A stretch of 63,758 nt of DNA, the filler included, from Lama guanicoe (Eukaryota): NCBI GenBank assembly GCA_013239625.1. It is 74 parts of 74 records of this genome, joined end to end, with 100 filler letters (N's around TTAATTAATTAA, not from the genome) between each part and the next. Parts side by side here need not be neighbours in the genome. Positions count along the whole stretch, not along the records: positions 11,316 to 12,466 come from MU053651.1; positions 12,567 to 13,095 come from PNXV01003054.1; positions 13,196 to 14,002 come from PNXV01003058.1; positions 14,103 to 14,789 come from PNXV01003059.1; positions 14,890 to 15,735 come from MU053655.1; positions 15,836 to 16,761 come from MU053656.1; positions 16,862 to 17,870 come from MU053657.1; positions 17,971 to 18,470 come from PNXV01003072.1; 66 more parts are not named here. One strand, written 5' to 3'. Shown here one piece after another: positions 11,216 to 24,116 of this stretch. The first letter of the stretch is position 1; every line of letters starts with the position of its first letter. The notes beneath the pieces are model-generated. The model saw only the letters and a program-made list of their open reading frames with translations, had not been told where the DNA came from and made no database searches. The position numbers and the translations under genes were made by a program.

Positions 11216-11315
11216 NNNNNNNNNNNNNNNNNNNNNNNNNNNNNNNNNNNNNNNNNNNNTTAATTAATTAANNNNNNNNNNNNNNNNNNNNNNNNNNNNN
11301 NNNNNNNNNNNNNNN

Positions 11316-12466
11316 CTTCAGTCACATGTGTTCCCTGTTAGGGAGAATTCTGAGAAATACCTTCGCTGACCTTGGGGAGGCATCCTCTGCCCCTGGGATT
11401 TCCTGCAAACTCCCCTAGCATTAGCTGGCAGAGAGACATTAGGAAAAAACACAGGGGAGTCGAGCTTAGGCATTCCGTTAGAACCCACGCGCTGCCGAAC
11501 GTTGGTGGAAGCTCCCTACGCTCAGGATTCCGGAAATATTGTCAGTGCGTGGGGAGCTCGAGAGACAACTCCACGCAGCTCTCTTCAGTCACATGTGTTC
11601 CCTGTTAGGGAGAATTCTGAGAAATACCTTCGCTGACCTTGGGGAGGCATCCTCTGCCCCTGGGATTTCCTGCAAACCCCCTAGCATTCCCTGGCACAGA
11701 GACATTAAGAAAAATCCCAGGGGAATCGAGCTAAGGCATTCCGTTATAACCCACGCGCTGCCAACCGTTGGTGGAACCTCCCCACGCTCAGGATTCCGGA
11801 AACATTGTCAGTGCGTGGGGGACTCCGGGAAAAACCTCACCCAACCTTTTTCAGGCACCGGTTTNNNNNNNNNNNNNNNNNNNNNNNNNNNNNNNNNNNN
11901 NNNNNNNNNNNNNNNNNNNNNNNNNNNNNNNNNNNNNNNNNNNNNNNNNNNNNNNNNNNNNNNNNNNNNNNNNNNNNNNNNNNNNNNNNNNNNNNNNNNN
12001 NNNNNNNNNNNNNNNNNNNNNNNNNNNNNNNNNNNNNNNNNNNNNNNNNNNNNNNNNNNNNNNNNNNNNNNNNNNNNNNNNNNNNNNNNNNNNNNNNNNN
12101 NNNNNNNNNNNNNNNNNNNNNNNNNNNNNNNNNNNNNNNNNNNNNNNNNNNNNNNNNNNNNNNNNNNNNNNNNNNNNNNNNNNNNNNNNNNNNNNNNNNN
12201 NNNNNNNNNNNNNNNNNNNNNNNNNNNNNNNNNNNNNNNNNNNNNNNNNNNNNNNNNNTTAGAACCCACGCGCTGCCGACCGTTGGTGGAAGCTCCCCAC
12301 GCTCAGGATTCCGGAACCATTGTCAGTGCATGGGGAGTTCGAGAGACAACTCCACGCAGCTCTCTTCATTCACAGGTGTTCCCTGTTAGGGGAAGGCCGA
12401 GAAATACCTTCCCTGGACTTGGGGAGGCAGCATCTTTCACTGGGATTGCCTGCAAACCCCCCTAGC
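11316..12466 (+). repeat. 267-bp GC-rich satellite (gap 11865-12258)
   Basis: cttcagtcacatgtgttccc at 11316 and 11583 (267 apart); reverse complement of the 3513 unit. Confidence 0.95.
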
Positions 12467-13195
12467 NNNNNNNNNNNNNNNNNNNNNNNNNNNNNNNNNN
12501 NNNNNNNNNNTTAATTAATTAANNNNNNNNNNNNNNNNNNNNNNNNNNNNNNNNNNNNNNNNNNNNTTTTGGTAAGTTAGAGAAGACACCAGAGAACTGA
12601 CAAAAAGAATGTCCCTGCCAGCCCTGTGAGTGAGAGACACAGGGGACCCGAGTCCCACCTGCGTGTGGTGCCTGGCGGGCTCTGGATGAATTTTCAGTTC
12701 CTCCCCGGACATGCCTCTATGGCTTAAGGAAATGGCGAGACATGTTGTGGCCATGATGTGTACTTGTCCTCGCAGGGCTCTGTGATCTACACACCTAAGC
12801 CCATCCTTGGAGATGAGGTGTCACTTTTAGGGTCCTGGGCACTGCTGAGGGCACAGATGCCAGCACCAGGCCACTACCAGCCTGGCTCTGTTCACTTCAC
12901 CTGTCACCTCCTGCTGAGCCCCCAGGCGTTAGGTGAGAGAGGCACATTGGTGACGTACTAAGGTGGGACTACACGTGCGCACAGCGCTGCAGCATCAGCA
13001 GGGCCACCTTCTACCCCTGGACAGACTGGTGGGTGAGCGGTGGAATCCTGGAGCCCTGCTCCAGCCCCCTGGCCTCCTCTTTTGTCATAGGAGGCNNNNN
13101 NNNNNNNNNNNNNNNNNNNNNNNNNNNNNNNNNNNNNNNTTAATTAATTAANNNNNNNNNNNNNNNNNNNNNNNNNNNNNNNNNNNNNNNNNNNN

Positions 13196-14002
13196 AGAGA
13201 CGTTCGTTCTTCTAGCACAAAGGGAACAGGTTGCAGGGGAAACAATTACTATGGTTTCTCAGTCTGTTTCCTAGTGCCGGTATGAAGTACCTGCAAATTT
13301 CACTGTAAAACCGAGTTAGAGCTTGAACCTCCCCATATATATGTACCGAGTGGTGTCGCAATTGAAGAGAAACTTTGTGTTCCAAACAAGCTAGTTGAAG
13401 GACGGCTTTCACACACGCATAACTCTCAAAACTGAGCATGTGGAGAGACGTTCGTTCATCTAGCACAAAGGGAACACGTTGCAAGAGAAACACTTACTCT
13501 GGTTTCTCTATCTGTTTCCCAGGGCCGGTTTGAACTTCCTGTATTTTTCACCGTAAAACCGAGTTGGAGCTTGTACCTCCCCATATATATATATGGAGTG
13601 GAGTCTGCTACTGAAGAGAATCTTTGTGTTCCCAACAAGCTAGGTGAAGGTTGGCTTTCACACACGATTAACTCTCAAAACTGAGCATGTGGAGAGACGT
13701 TCGTTCATCTAACACAAATGGAACAGGTTGCAGGTGAAACACTTACTCTGGTTTCTCAGTCTGTTTCCTAGTGCCGGTTTGAAGTTCCTGCAATGAAATT
13801 CCTGAAGTTTTCACTGTAAAACCGAGTTGGAGCTTGTACCTCCCCATATATATGTATGGATTGGAGTCTGCAACTGAAGAGAAACTTTGTGTTCCCAACA
13901 AGCTAGGTGAAAGTCGGCTTTCACACTTGCTTAACTCTCAAAACTGAGCATGAGGAGAGACGTTCCTTCATCTAGCACAAAGGGGACAGTTTGCAGGAGA
14001 AA
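13196..14002 (+). repeat. 249-bp satellite, about 3.2 monomers
   Basis: ctgagcatg at 13432, 13681 (+249) and 13944 (+263, explained by a 14-bp internal duplication near 13790). Confidence 0.96.
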
Positions 14003-14102
14003 NNNNNNNNNNNNNNNNNNNNNNNNNNNNNNNNNNNNNNNNNNNNTTAATTAATTAANNNNNNNNNNNNNNNNNNNNNNNNNNNNNNNNNNNNNNNNNN
14101 NN

Positions 14103-14789
14103 TGGCCTGTCATTTCCATAACATTTCTGGAGGCCCCAGCAAGATTCAACACCAGCCCCTTTAGCCGCTAGACCCGTGGCTCTGGCCTACCGGGGGACGG
14201 GACTCCGGCAGCAAACAAGGTGGCGCCACCCGACGGTGTTCTGGGTCTCTTTCATGATGGCAACTCAGCCCTCCCAGGTGGATGGGCTACAACCAGAGCC
14301 AGACTGGGTGGAGGGATGGACAGACTCACCAGGTGGCCGCCTGGACAAGGTAGGAACCCCTGGGGAGAATTCAGGTTCTGTCCCAGTGGACAGAAGAGGA
14401 GGCGGATCCCCTCCTACAGGAAACAGGATATTGGGATTGGTGGGAGGACTGTTGTTAACAATGTGTGTGAGTGAGCGGTCTGTGAAGCACGTGATCAGGC
14501 TCGAGTTTGTAGCTCCACGACATTCTGCTACGGAGTTCGGTTGAGTCCCAACCTGTGGTCCTGTGGTGACCACTTATGGCTCAAGGCTGTATCAGTCCCT
14601 CAGGGTCCTGATCAGAGTCAGCGGCTTATACTGACCCACCAAAGCTAAGAGGCACCTTCATCCCCGTGAGGGGAGCGGCCAGGCGGACGCAGCAAAAACC
14701 CTCCCTTGTCTTGACTGTGACACCGGCACAGGGTGGCTACGCTGGGAGGGAAAGGGACATAAAACAGCCAATGAGTCAATGCCCCCTGT
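14103..14789 (+). mobile_element. ERV 5' end: LTR tip (to 14123), PBS and gammaretrovirus-like leader
   Basis: ...cataaCA, 4 nt, then a PBS. A GC-rich leader follows; no clear gag ORF is reached. Confidence 0.75.
14128..14145 (+). other. Retroviral primer-binding site, tRNA-Thr type
   Basis: TGGAGGCCCCAGCAAGAT versus the tRNA-Thr complement TGGAGGCCCCAGCGAGAT (17/18). Confidence 0.8.
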
Positions 14790-14889
14790 NNNNNNNNNNN
14801 NNNNNNNNNNNNNNNNNNNNNNNNNNNNNNNNNTTAATTAATTAANNNNNNNNNNNNNNNNNNNNNNNNNNNNNNNNNNNNNNNNNNNN

Positions 14890-15735
14890 TTTATTCTTAA
14901 ACATTTTATAGTTTTGGGTGCAGTTAAAAAAGCGGTTGCTTCTATACTTTGTTTTCCTGTTTATTAAATAGTAGCATAAAGAAATGCAATTGGTTTTCCT
15001 ACATTACACTGGGTACCTTGCCCAGTTCCTTTTTTAGCCTAAGTCATTTTTTTGTGAAGCTTTTTCGGTTTTCTATATATAGAGTCATGCTTGCTTATCA
15101 TGGCAATTTTACCTCTTCTTTTCCAGTCTGAATGCTTTTATTTCATTTTCTGGCCTGATCGTTGTGGCTAAGATTTCCAAGACTCTATTGAATAGAAATT
15201 GTGAGAATGGGCAAACTTGACTTGTCTCAGGTTTTTCTGGGAAGGGTTTTGGTTTTTCACCATTTAGTATTTTGCTGGCTATATGTTTGTCNNNNNNNNN
15301 NNNNNNNNNNNNNNNNNNNNNNNNNNNNNNNNNNNNNNNNNNNNNNNNNNNNNNNNNNNNNNNNNNNNNNNNNNNNNNNNNNNNNNNNNNNNNNNNNNNN
15401 NNNNNNNNNNNNNNNNNNNNNNNNNNNNNNNNNNNNNNNNNNNNNNNNNNNNNNNNNNNNNNNNNNNNNNNNNNNNNNNNNNNNNNNNNNNNNNNNNNNN
15501 NNNNNNNNTGACCATGGTGTATAATCTTTTTTTACATGCTGTTAGATTTTGTTAGTTAATAATTTCTTAAAGACTTTTACATCTGTGTTTATCAATGATA
15601 TTGACCTATAGTTTTGTTTTGGGGTAGTGTCTTTGTTTGGTTTTTGTATCAGGTTGATGTTGTCCTTATGGTTTGAGTTTGGGTGCACTCTCTCCATATC
15701 AATTTTTGGAAGAGATTGAGGAGGAGTGCTATGGA
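14890..15735 (-). mobile_element. Degenerate LINE-1 ORF2 (RT region)
   Basis: Antisense L1 motifs (acctcttcttttccagtctgaatgcttttatttc; tattgaatagaaattgtgagaatgggca). Colinear with 57371-57860. Confidence 0.85.
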
Positions 15736-15835
15736 NNNNNNNNNNNNNNNNNNNNNNNNNNNNNNNNNNNNNNNNNNNNTTAATTAATTAANNNNNNNNN
15801 NNNNNNNNNNNNNNNNNNNNNNNNNNNNNNNNNNN

Positions 15836-16761
15836 CATGTTTCATGCATCACGGATTCCTCAAACATGCAATTCTGAGCTGTGTGAATGCGTATGACAGA
15901 TGTATCAACAACCAAAAATGTTACCTATGCACTTTGAAATATTTACTTAGACTTCGTTGCTTCTTCCTTTCACCAGTTTCAAGAATCACACTTTGATCCC
16001 AGAAAAACCCTCTTGGAGCGAAATCTACCCTAGAGATATGTAATTTGAATAGATTATATCTNNNNNNNNNNNNNNNNNNNNNNNNNNNNNNNNNNNNNNN
16101 NNNNNNNNNNNNNNNNNNNNNNNNNNNNNNNNNNNNNNNNNNNNNNNNNNNNNNNNNNNNNNNNNNNNNNNNNNNNNNNNNNNNNNNNNNNNNNNNNNNN
16201 NNNNNNNNNNNNNNNNNNNNNNNNNNNNNNNNNNNNNNNNNNNNNNNNNNNNNNNNNNNNNNNNNNNNNNNNNNNNNNNNNNNNNNNNNNNNNNNNNNNN
16301 NNNNNNNNNNNNNNNNNNNNNNNNNNNNNNNNNNNNNNNNNNNNNNNNNNNNNNNNNNNNNNNNNNNNNNNNNNNNNNNNNNNNNNNNNNNNNNNNNNNN
16401 NNNNNNNNNNNNNNNNNNNNNNNNNNNNNNNNNNNNNNNNNNTTACTCTGACAGGTTTTTTCTGTCACCAGGTACTAGAATCGGACATTTGGCACTAGAA
16501 AAGACTCTTTGAGCGAATTCTCACCAATACACACGTAATTTACATTGTTTACATAACCATGGTATTCCATATTCCGATCATGTTTCATGCAATACCGATT
16601 CCTCAAACAAGCATTTCTGAGTTGTGAATATGCTCATGACTGATGTTTCAATCATTACAAGTTACCAATGCTATTAAATATATATACTTCGTCTTCGTAG
16701 CTTCTTCCTATAACCAGGTTCAAGAATCACACTTTGATCCCAGAAAAACCCTCTTGGTGCG
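15836..16761 (+). repeat. ~747-bp satellite (gap 16062-16442)
   Basis: aagaatcacactttgatcccagaaaaaccctcttgg at 15981 and 16722, 741 apart across an estimated gap. Shows the C-to-A monomer junction. Confidence 0.88.
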
Positions 16762-17970
16762 NNNNNNNNNNNNNNNNNNNNNNNNNNNNNNNNNNNNNNN
16801 NNNNNTTAATTAATTAANNNNNNNNNNNNNNNNNNNNNNNNNNNNNNNNNNNNNNNNNNNNCCAGCGACAAAGGGCAAACAAATTAACACTGGAGGACAA
16901 AAATGGGGCCAGGGAGGTCAAGCAGCTGGCCTGCTGGCCACACAGCCAAGTGCAATGAAAATTAAAGTTCCACTATTGGGGACCTCTTCCAATTGAATTT
17001 TGTGATTTTCTTTCCACTTCTCCTGCCCTTTTCTCTTGACTTTATGTATATGGCGTGGTTGCGGGGGTAGGAAAGAGAGAAATTGTTATAATTACACAAA
17101 CACAAAAATACACTAAGTGAGAATAAAAATATTTTGCAACTTAGAGCAGAGGACACTGTTCAGCAGGTAGATGCCTGAATACCTGGAGGGACCCTCAACA
17201 GGAGGAAACCACATGTTCTCAATTAATCTTTTTTTCCTCAGTTATAGGGAGCACAGGGGATATGGGCCCGAGGGTAAAGAAACTGCTTTTCTGACAATGT
17301 TGCCATCCACCCCTAATATATGACACAAAGAAAGATTAAACAGAAAAACATATACAACAAAACTGAAATAAAAATAGCTGATAAAAAATAATGATGCCAG
17401 TCCTACAGTTTATGGAACTAAGTTAAGAAAAAGACTTTCCTAGAATCAAAAATTAATACCTCAAAATTCTGCTACTGAAAACTACCATAGGCAATCTGGA
17501 AAAAAAAAGCTCCTTGACTTTATGGCTTTTTATTGATGTAAATGATTGCTAAATGGCAAAAACACANNNNNNNNNNNNNNNNNNNNNNNNNNNNNNNNNN
17601 NNNNNNNNNNNNNNNNNNNNNNNNNNGTGTTCCATAGAGGATAAATGCTAATGATTTTTACAGACTAGTGAGAAAAGTCAGTAGGACACATGGAATATAC
17701 TGCTTCTTCCATTTGGGAGAGCAAATGCAGAGACAGTGAGGAAGTCAGATGATCCCCAACCCCATTATATAGTTTAGGACACAGTGACCCAAAGAAATGG
17801 TTTATGGAAAAGTAATTCAGTGTCTTTGAACCACATTGTGAACTATATGTGACAAAACGTAGTAGTTAAANNNNNNNNNNNNNNNNNNNNNNNNNNNNNN
17901 NNNNNNNNNNNNNNTTAATTAATTAANNNNNNNNNNNNNNNNNNNNNNNNNNNNNNNNNNNNNNNNNNNN

Positions 17971-18470
17971 TAGAGTAGGACCTTGTTGTTTATCTACTTT
18001 AGATATATATAGTAGTGTGTAACTGTTAACCCCAAATTTCAATTTATTCCTTCTCTTCCTGCTTTGGGAACTAGAAGTGTGTTTTCTATGTCTGTGAGTT
18101 TGTTTCTGTTTTATAAATAAGTTTATTGGTATCTTCTTTTTAGATTCCACATATAAGTGATATCATATGATATTTGTCTTTCTCTGACTTGCTTCATAGT
18201 ATGATAATCTCTAGGTCTATCCATGTTGCTGCAAATGGCATTATTTCATTCTTTTTTATGGCTGAGTAATATTCCATTATGTATATATACCACAACTTCT
18301 TTATCTAATCATTTATTGATGGACATTTAGGTTGCTTCTGTGTCTTGGCTACTGTAAATAGTGCTATTAAGAACATTGGGGTGCATGTATCTTTTCAAAT
18401 TAGTTTCCTTTGTATATACACCCAGGGGTGGGATTGTTGGATCATACAGTAACTTTGTTTTTAGAGGAAC
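17971..18470 (-). mobile_element. LINE-1 3' end
   Basis: atccatgttgctgcaaatggcattatttcattcttttttatggctgagtaatattccatt is canonical antisense L1 3' sequence. Confidence 0.92.
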
Positions 18471-18629
18471 NNNNNNNNNNNNNNNNNNNNNNNNNNNNNN
18501 NNNNNNNNNNNNNNTTAATTAATTAANNNNNNNNNNNNNNNNNNNNNNNNNNNNNNNNNNNNNNNNNNNNGAGCCAGAAAGAGAAAAATACCAAATGATA
18601 TGACTCATATGTGCAATCACACCCCCACA

Positions 18630-18772
18630 GGGACAGCTGCAAAGGATTCCAAAAAGAAAGAATTCCTGCACCAAGAAGTTTGCATCAACCAACCACAGCC
18701 CCTCCCCTTTTTAGTAGAAAAGGAGCCTGAAGTCTGACTTGGGGAAGAGGGTTCTCCAGGACATTAGTCGAC
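18630..18772 (+). mobile_element. Possible ERV1 LTR fragment
   Basis: caccaagaagtttgcatcaaccaaccacagcccctcc...aaaggagcctga resembles my recall of artiodactyl LTRs. It is preceded by a short L1 3' piece (18571-18618). Confidence 0.45.
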
Positions 18773-18824
18773 AACTGTCCACGTGGGTCAAGTCATGGTG
18801 CCCCTGTACAACCTCTAACAAAAC

Positions 18825-19016
18825 AAGTTATTTTCTATTCTGCAACTTGTTGTTTTTATATCAGTGCAAAAGTGTTAATGTGCTTAAAGATCAGAGCCTT
18901 GAGAACAGGCTCTCCTGTTTATGAGACAGACAAGACTAAGCCTAGGTAACAGGGCACAGGGTTAAAGCCACAGGAAGAGATCTAGTATGGAGTCAGATTT
19001 GTTCTTTTCTATTACG
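18825..19016 (-). mobile_element. ERV1 (MER41-like) LTR 5' part
   Basis: Minus strand starts (t>c)gtaatagaaaagaacaaatctgactccatactagatct...tctcaaggctctgatctttaag. Confidence 0.6.
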
Positions 19017-19024
19017 TATCATCT

Positions 19025-19281
19025 ATTTTTATGGTTTAAGTTTGCAAGAATTAAGTTTAGCCTTTTCCCACTTTAAACTGTGCAGTTCAGGAGCATTAAG
19101 TGCACTTGCAATGCTGTGGGATCAGCACCCCTGTCTGGGTTCAGACTCCTTCCTTCCTCAGAGTAAAACCTTGTATCCGAAGCACACCCCACGTCCTCCC
19201 TCCCCTAGCCTGTGACAAGCCCTCATCCCCTTGCTCTCTGTCTTTACCTATCCTGGAGGTTCCCTATCAATGACATCATAT
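19025..19281 (-). mobile_element. Old L1 (L1MA/MB-type) 3' UTR remnant
   Basis: cactttaaactgtgcagttcaggagcattaagtgcacttgcaatgctgtg resembles the antisense L1MB terminus. Confidence 0.6.
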
Positions 19282-21310
19282 NNNNNNNNNNNNNNNNNNN
19301 NNNNNNNNNNNNNNNNNNNNNNNNNTTAATTAATTAANNNNNNNNNNNNNNNNNNNNNNNNNNNNNNNNNNNNNNNNNNNNTACATTAAAATGCCAGTTA
19401 TCTCTAAACTGAGGTTGGAAATGACCTAACACTGACTTGTTATGTGACAGGTGAGAGTTCCTAGTTGGTAGCACGCACTTTGGGGATGGCAGTGAGACCC
19501 TCCACATCATCAGCTGGAAACCAGCAAAAGGCCAGACTAGTGAGGTGGAGCAGTGGGCACAGGGTTCTTTATCTCAGGGTTTGTAAGACGTTTATCCTTA
19601 GGGTCCTGCTGTTCTCCATTTCATCCCAGTGTAACCCCTATGCATGGGGTACAAATAATGTCACATATCTGATTTTTCTAACTAGTTATTTGGGCCTTGA
19701 AATGTTTAGTAGAGCAGAAAATGCTGTATTTTCCTTTGGGGACTTTCTTCTATAATCTTCTTCTTGAATTTTCCAAGAACCTAAGGGATTCCCTGAGGCC
19801 ACAGTGACAGTCCTCTCCACTCCCACAAGGCACTGGGGCAGGGTGAGGGCATGCTAATCATTCTCTTGTTTCCCTTGATTCTGTTGCTGCAGTGTTGGTA
19901 CTAAAACTGGTTTTAATAGGATCTCCTTGGCAGCTGAGTCTGGGGTCTGGATGTTGCTCTCAAAAGACCTTTAATAAAATTTTAAAAGAAGAAAAGGAAA
20001 AAGTAACTGGTCCTGCAGTCAGGTCGTGACTGACCTCTGCTCCCAGGATGCCTGTGCTGATCCAGTTTCCACAGTCTTCGTGGTGATCGACACGTAAACT
20101 TAAGCGTGACAGCTTGTTTAATTCTCATACATATGCTTGTATGAGGTCATATATTTATAAATAAATGTAGCTACAAATTATATAGTAGCTGAGGTGCCCT
20201 GAATTATAAACCATGAAGAACAGCTAATCACCGTAATTTGTAACATTTTCTGAAAATTGCCACATTTGAATGTTACACCTAGGAAAGAAAACACACATTG
20301 GGTTTTATTTGGGATTCNNNNNNNNNNNNNNNNNNNNNNNNNNNNNNNNNNNNNNNNNNNNTTAATTAATTAANNNNNNNNNNNNNNNNNNNNNNNNNNN
20401 NNNNNNNNNNNNNNNNNGGATAAATGACATAAACATGTGAGGAAAACCTAGTGCTCCAATGTTACTTGACTCTTGTCTATTCCGCATACCCCTTATAGTC
20501 TACTTTTCAGGCTCCTAAGCTGTGTGGTACAGTTTGCCCCGTGCTGAAAAACTTCTGAATGATATTGGGTTTTTCTTTTTCTTTTTTTCTTTTTTTGTAT
20601 TTGTCTATTTGTTGTTACTGCATGTTGGCTTTTATAATTTTTTGACATATCTATTGCTGTCAATCTTTCATTTTTCCCCCATTCTTATTTGTCTGTGTAC
20701 TTGCTAAAGTTCCCTTTTCTGTTTAGCCTCATAACCTTGTGAAAGTCTAAGAAAAAAGTTACAGCTTGTTAGCATTACCTTTGAAACAAGGAGCACTTGT
20801 ATTTTGAAAGGAGACTTGGGCATCTGTGGAAGTCAGTGAGTAGGCAGAAGGGAACCTATTTTCATGCTAATGATAATTTTAGCTGATCTTTATTAAGTTT
20901 CTCTCTTGTGCCCTAGCTGTGCTAGACACATATGACTTCAAGAAAAAAATGTACTTTATCTTACTATTTTATTTTTCCTTGCAAGGAACTATTCTGTAAA
21001 CCTTTGTCTCCTCTGTGCCAAGCAAAGTTGTGCATAGAAGGCATTCTGTGAACATTCCTCAAACACACAAATGAATGAAAGTTTGACACCCAGAATAGGA
21101 AGTCTGTCTTGCTACCGGCTGGGCATCTTTTCCAACATGATATCATTGCTGACCCCAATTCTGAGTAGCTTTGTTGTGCTTCTCTGTGACGCACGCACAG
21201 GTGTGCTTGTNNNNNNNNNNNNNNNNNNNNNNNNNNNNNNNNNNNNNNNNNNNNTTAATTAATTAANNNNNNNNNNNNNNNNNNNNNNNNNNNNNNNNNN
21301 NNNNNNNNNN

Positions 21311-21844
21311 AAAGAGAAATTAATAAAGCAATTCCATTTAACAATTGTACCAAAAAATTTTTTAAAAAATACCTAGGAATAAAATTAACCAAGGATGTGA
21401 ATGACCTGCACATAGAAAGTTAGAAAACATTGATAAAGAAATTGAAGAGGATGCACACAAAATAAAAGCTGTGCTCATGCACTAGAAGAACATTACTGTA
21501 ACATTCACGAAGCCTAAGCAGTGTACACATTAATTGCAAACTCTACCAAATTCAAATGGCATTTTTTTTTCACAGAAACAATACCATTTGTATGGAACAA
21601 AAAAGAACCTGGAATAGCCTGAGCAACCTTGAGAAGGGAGAACACAGTTGGAGGCATCTCCCTCCCTGGCTTCACATGACATTAGGAAGCTACAGTCACC
21701 AGCAGAGGTACAGTAAGATATTGGCACAAAAATAGGCACATGGGCCAGAGGACCAGAATACAGAGCACAGAAAAAAACCCATCTTCATTTTGTCAGTTAA
21801 TTCATGGCAAAAGAGCCAAGAACACAAAATGGGAAAAGGACAGT
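21311..21844 (+). mobile_element. Degenerate LINE-1 ORF2 (post-RT region)
   Basis: aaatacctaggaataaaattaaccaaggatgtgaatgacctg (KYLGIKLTKDVNDL), with many disruptions. Confidence 0.9.
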
Positions 21845-22439
21845 NNNNNNNNNNNNNNNNNNNNNNNNNNNNNNNNNNNNNNNNNNNNTTAATTAATTAA
21901 NNNNNNNNNNNNNNNNNNNNNNNNNNNNNNNNNNNNNNNNNNNNGCCTCTCTGCTGCAAACCACCCTTAAATGACTGCTCTGAAATAATATATTTGGACC
22001 CTGTAGATGTTTCTCCTGTAGCAGATGGCATGCTTTGTTAGTAGAGAGTACCAGAGATACAATAGAATAAGAAAGGGGTTTCTCTTCCAAGTCTGCTCTG
22101 TTTTCCTAGGCAGGCTCCTGCACCATGTCAACTTCCAAGCTCAGCAGAGGGCATAGCTCCTCCAGTCCCTTGACTCCAGAAGTACCTGACTTATAAGAAG
22201 CTCAGGATATTCCTTGGGGGTAGATTTTTCCAGCAACTCCACAGTGGCTTCTTAGTGGGGATTTTCCAGCAGGGTACCTCCTATTAAAAATTTCTTCCTG
22301 TACTCCCTGGGAGGCTTGTGGCCTCGGTGAACTTCTCCACTCTCTCATGAGCCATAGATATACCCACCATCTAAAAAGAGGTCTGGGTGTTCTCCACACT
22401 TCAGAGGAAATGAGTCTTTCCCTGTAGTTCATGATCTCA

Positions 22440-22605
22440 TCTCTAGGAGATCTGGTTGTTCTTTTATCTGTTATTCCTAGATTTTTTATAGGACCCTTTA
22501 CACTTTAGTAGATGATTCCCTGTTATAGTTAATACTTTTAATTAAAATGTCCACATTCAAGGTACCACATGGTTCCTGCCTCTGGATTAGTGCTTGACTG
22601 ATGTG
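22440..22605 (+). mobile_element. Possible old ERVL-type LTR 3' end
   Basis: attaaaatgtcc...ggttcctgcctctggattagtgcttgactgat resembles the ...ggtttctgtctcctgattggaccctgactgataca ending of old ERVL LTRs. Confidence 0.35.
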
Positions 22606-22871
22606 GTTGCTTCCTTCAGGGTCCCAGAGCTCTTCTGATTCAAGAAATGATTCACAGTAGTAAAGTTGAGTGCACTTTGCCTAGTAATATTTCTCAGTTT
22701 AATCTATGAACTTTAAAATATATGTCAATGAATATTAAGCTCAACTTAGTAGAATATTAAAATCAACCTAANNNNNNNNNNNNNNNNNNNNNNNNNNNNN
22801 NNNNNNNNNNNNNNNTTAATTAATTAANNNNNNNNNNNNNNNNNNNNNNNNNNNNNNNNNNNNNNNNNNNN

Positions 22872-23640
22872 CAAGACAGCATGATATTGGTACCAAAACA
22901 GACATATGGACCAATGGAACTGAATAGAGAGCCGAGAAATGAACCCACAAACCTTTGGTCAACTAATCTTCAACAAAGGAGGCAAGAATATACAATGGAA
23001 TAAAGACAGTCTCTTCAGCAAATGGTGTTGGGAAAACTGGACAGCAGCATGTAAAACAATGAANNNNNNNNNNNNNNNNNNNNNNNNNNNNNNNNNNNNN
23101 NNNNNNNNNNNNNNNNNNNNNNNNNNNNNNNNNNNNNNNNNNNNNNNNNNNNNNNNNNNNNNNNNNNNNNNNNNNNNNNNNNNNNNNNNNNNNNNNNNNN
23201 NNNNNNNNNNNNNNNNNNNNNNNNNNNNNNNNNNNNNNNNNNNNNNNNNNNNNNNNNNNNNNNNNNNNNNNNNNNNNNNNNNNNNNNNNNNNNNNNNNNN
23301 NNNNNNNNNNNNNNNNNNNNNNNNNNNNNNNNNNNNNNNNNNNNNNNNNNNNNNNNNNNNNNNNNNNNNNNNNNNNNNNNNNNNNNNNNNNNNNNNNNNN
23401 NNNNNNNNNNNNNNNNNNNAGACCTAAACAAGCAATTCTCCAAGGAAGACATACAAATGATCAAAAACCACATGAAAAAATGCTCAATATCACTAATTAT
23501 CAGAGAAATGCAAATCAAAACTACAATGAGGTATCACCTCACACCAGTCAGAATGGCCATCATCCAAAAACCCAAAAATGACAAATGCTGTAGAGGCTCT
23601 GGAGAAAGGGGAACCCTCCTACACTGCTGGTGGGAATGCA
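22872..23640 (+). mobile_element. Relatively young LINE-1 ORF2 C-terminal fragment (gap 23064-23419)
   Basis: [34 protein letters not shown] and [32 protein letters not shown]...HCWWEC (Cys-rich domain). Confidence 0.97.
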
Positions 23641-24116
23641 NNNNNNNNNNNNNNNNNNNNNNNNNNNNNNNNNNNNNNNNNNNNTTAATTAATTAANNNN
23701 NNNNNNNNNNNNNNNNNNNNNNNNNNNNNNNNNNNNNNNNGCACAGTTTGATGTGGGTTTTAAACAAAAGACAAAACCTTGTAGGCAGACATGAAGGTGG
23801 GTATTTTTTAGCCCAGGAATGACTCCAAGTTCATGCCTACCGCATTGCCTATTTCCCTTTCCAAACCTGAGGACACAACTTTTTTAAAAGAAAGCTAAGT
23901 TTTTATTTTAATTATGAATAAAAGTAAAATAACCATACTTTCTCTGATCTCTAGCAACAAGTGATTTGAAAATAATTTCATATATTTAATCAGTTACCTA
24001 ATGATCTCCAGCAGAAGTGAAAATGTGTGCCAACTGCTTCAGAGCATTCAACAAAATGTGGTTTTGAAATAACTTTTATTCCTTACTGAAGATGGCATTA
24101 AGAATAAACTAAGTCA

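Noticed and set aside
11470..11490. CENP-B box in the 267-bp (attccgttagaaccc) or 249-bp (gttcgttcatct) satellites
   Set aside because: The essential nTTCGnnnnAnnCGGG pattern is not satisfied in either.
11815..11864. Apparently novel sequence at the satellite edge
   Set aside because: It reads as a garbled version of the expected monomer continuation next to a gap, so it is probably a low-quality read end.
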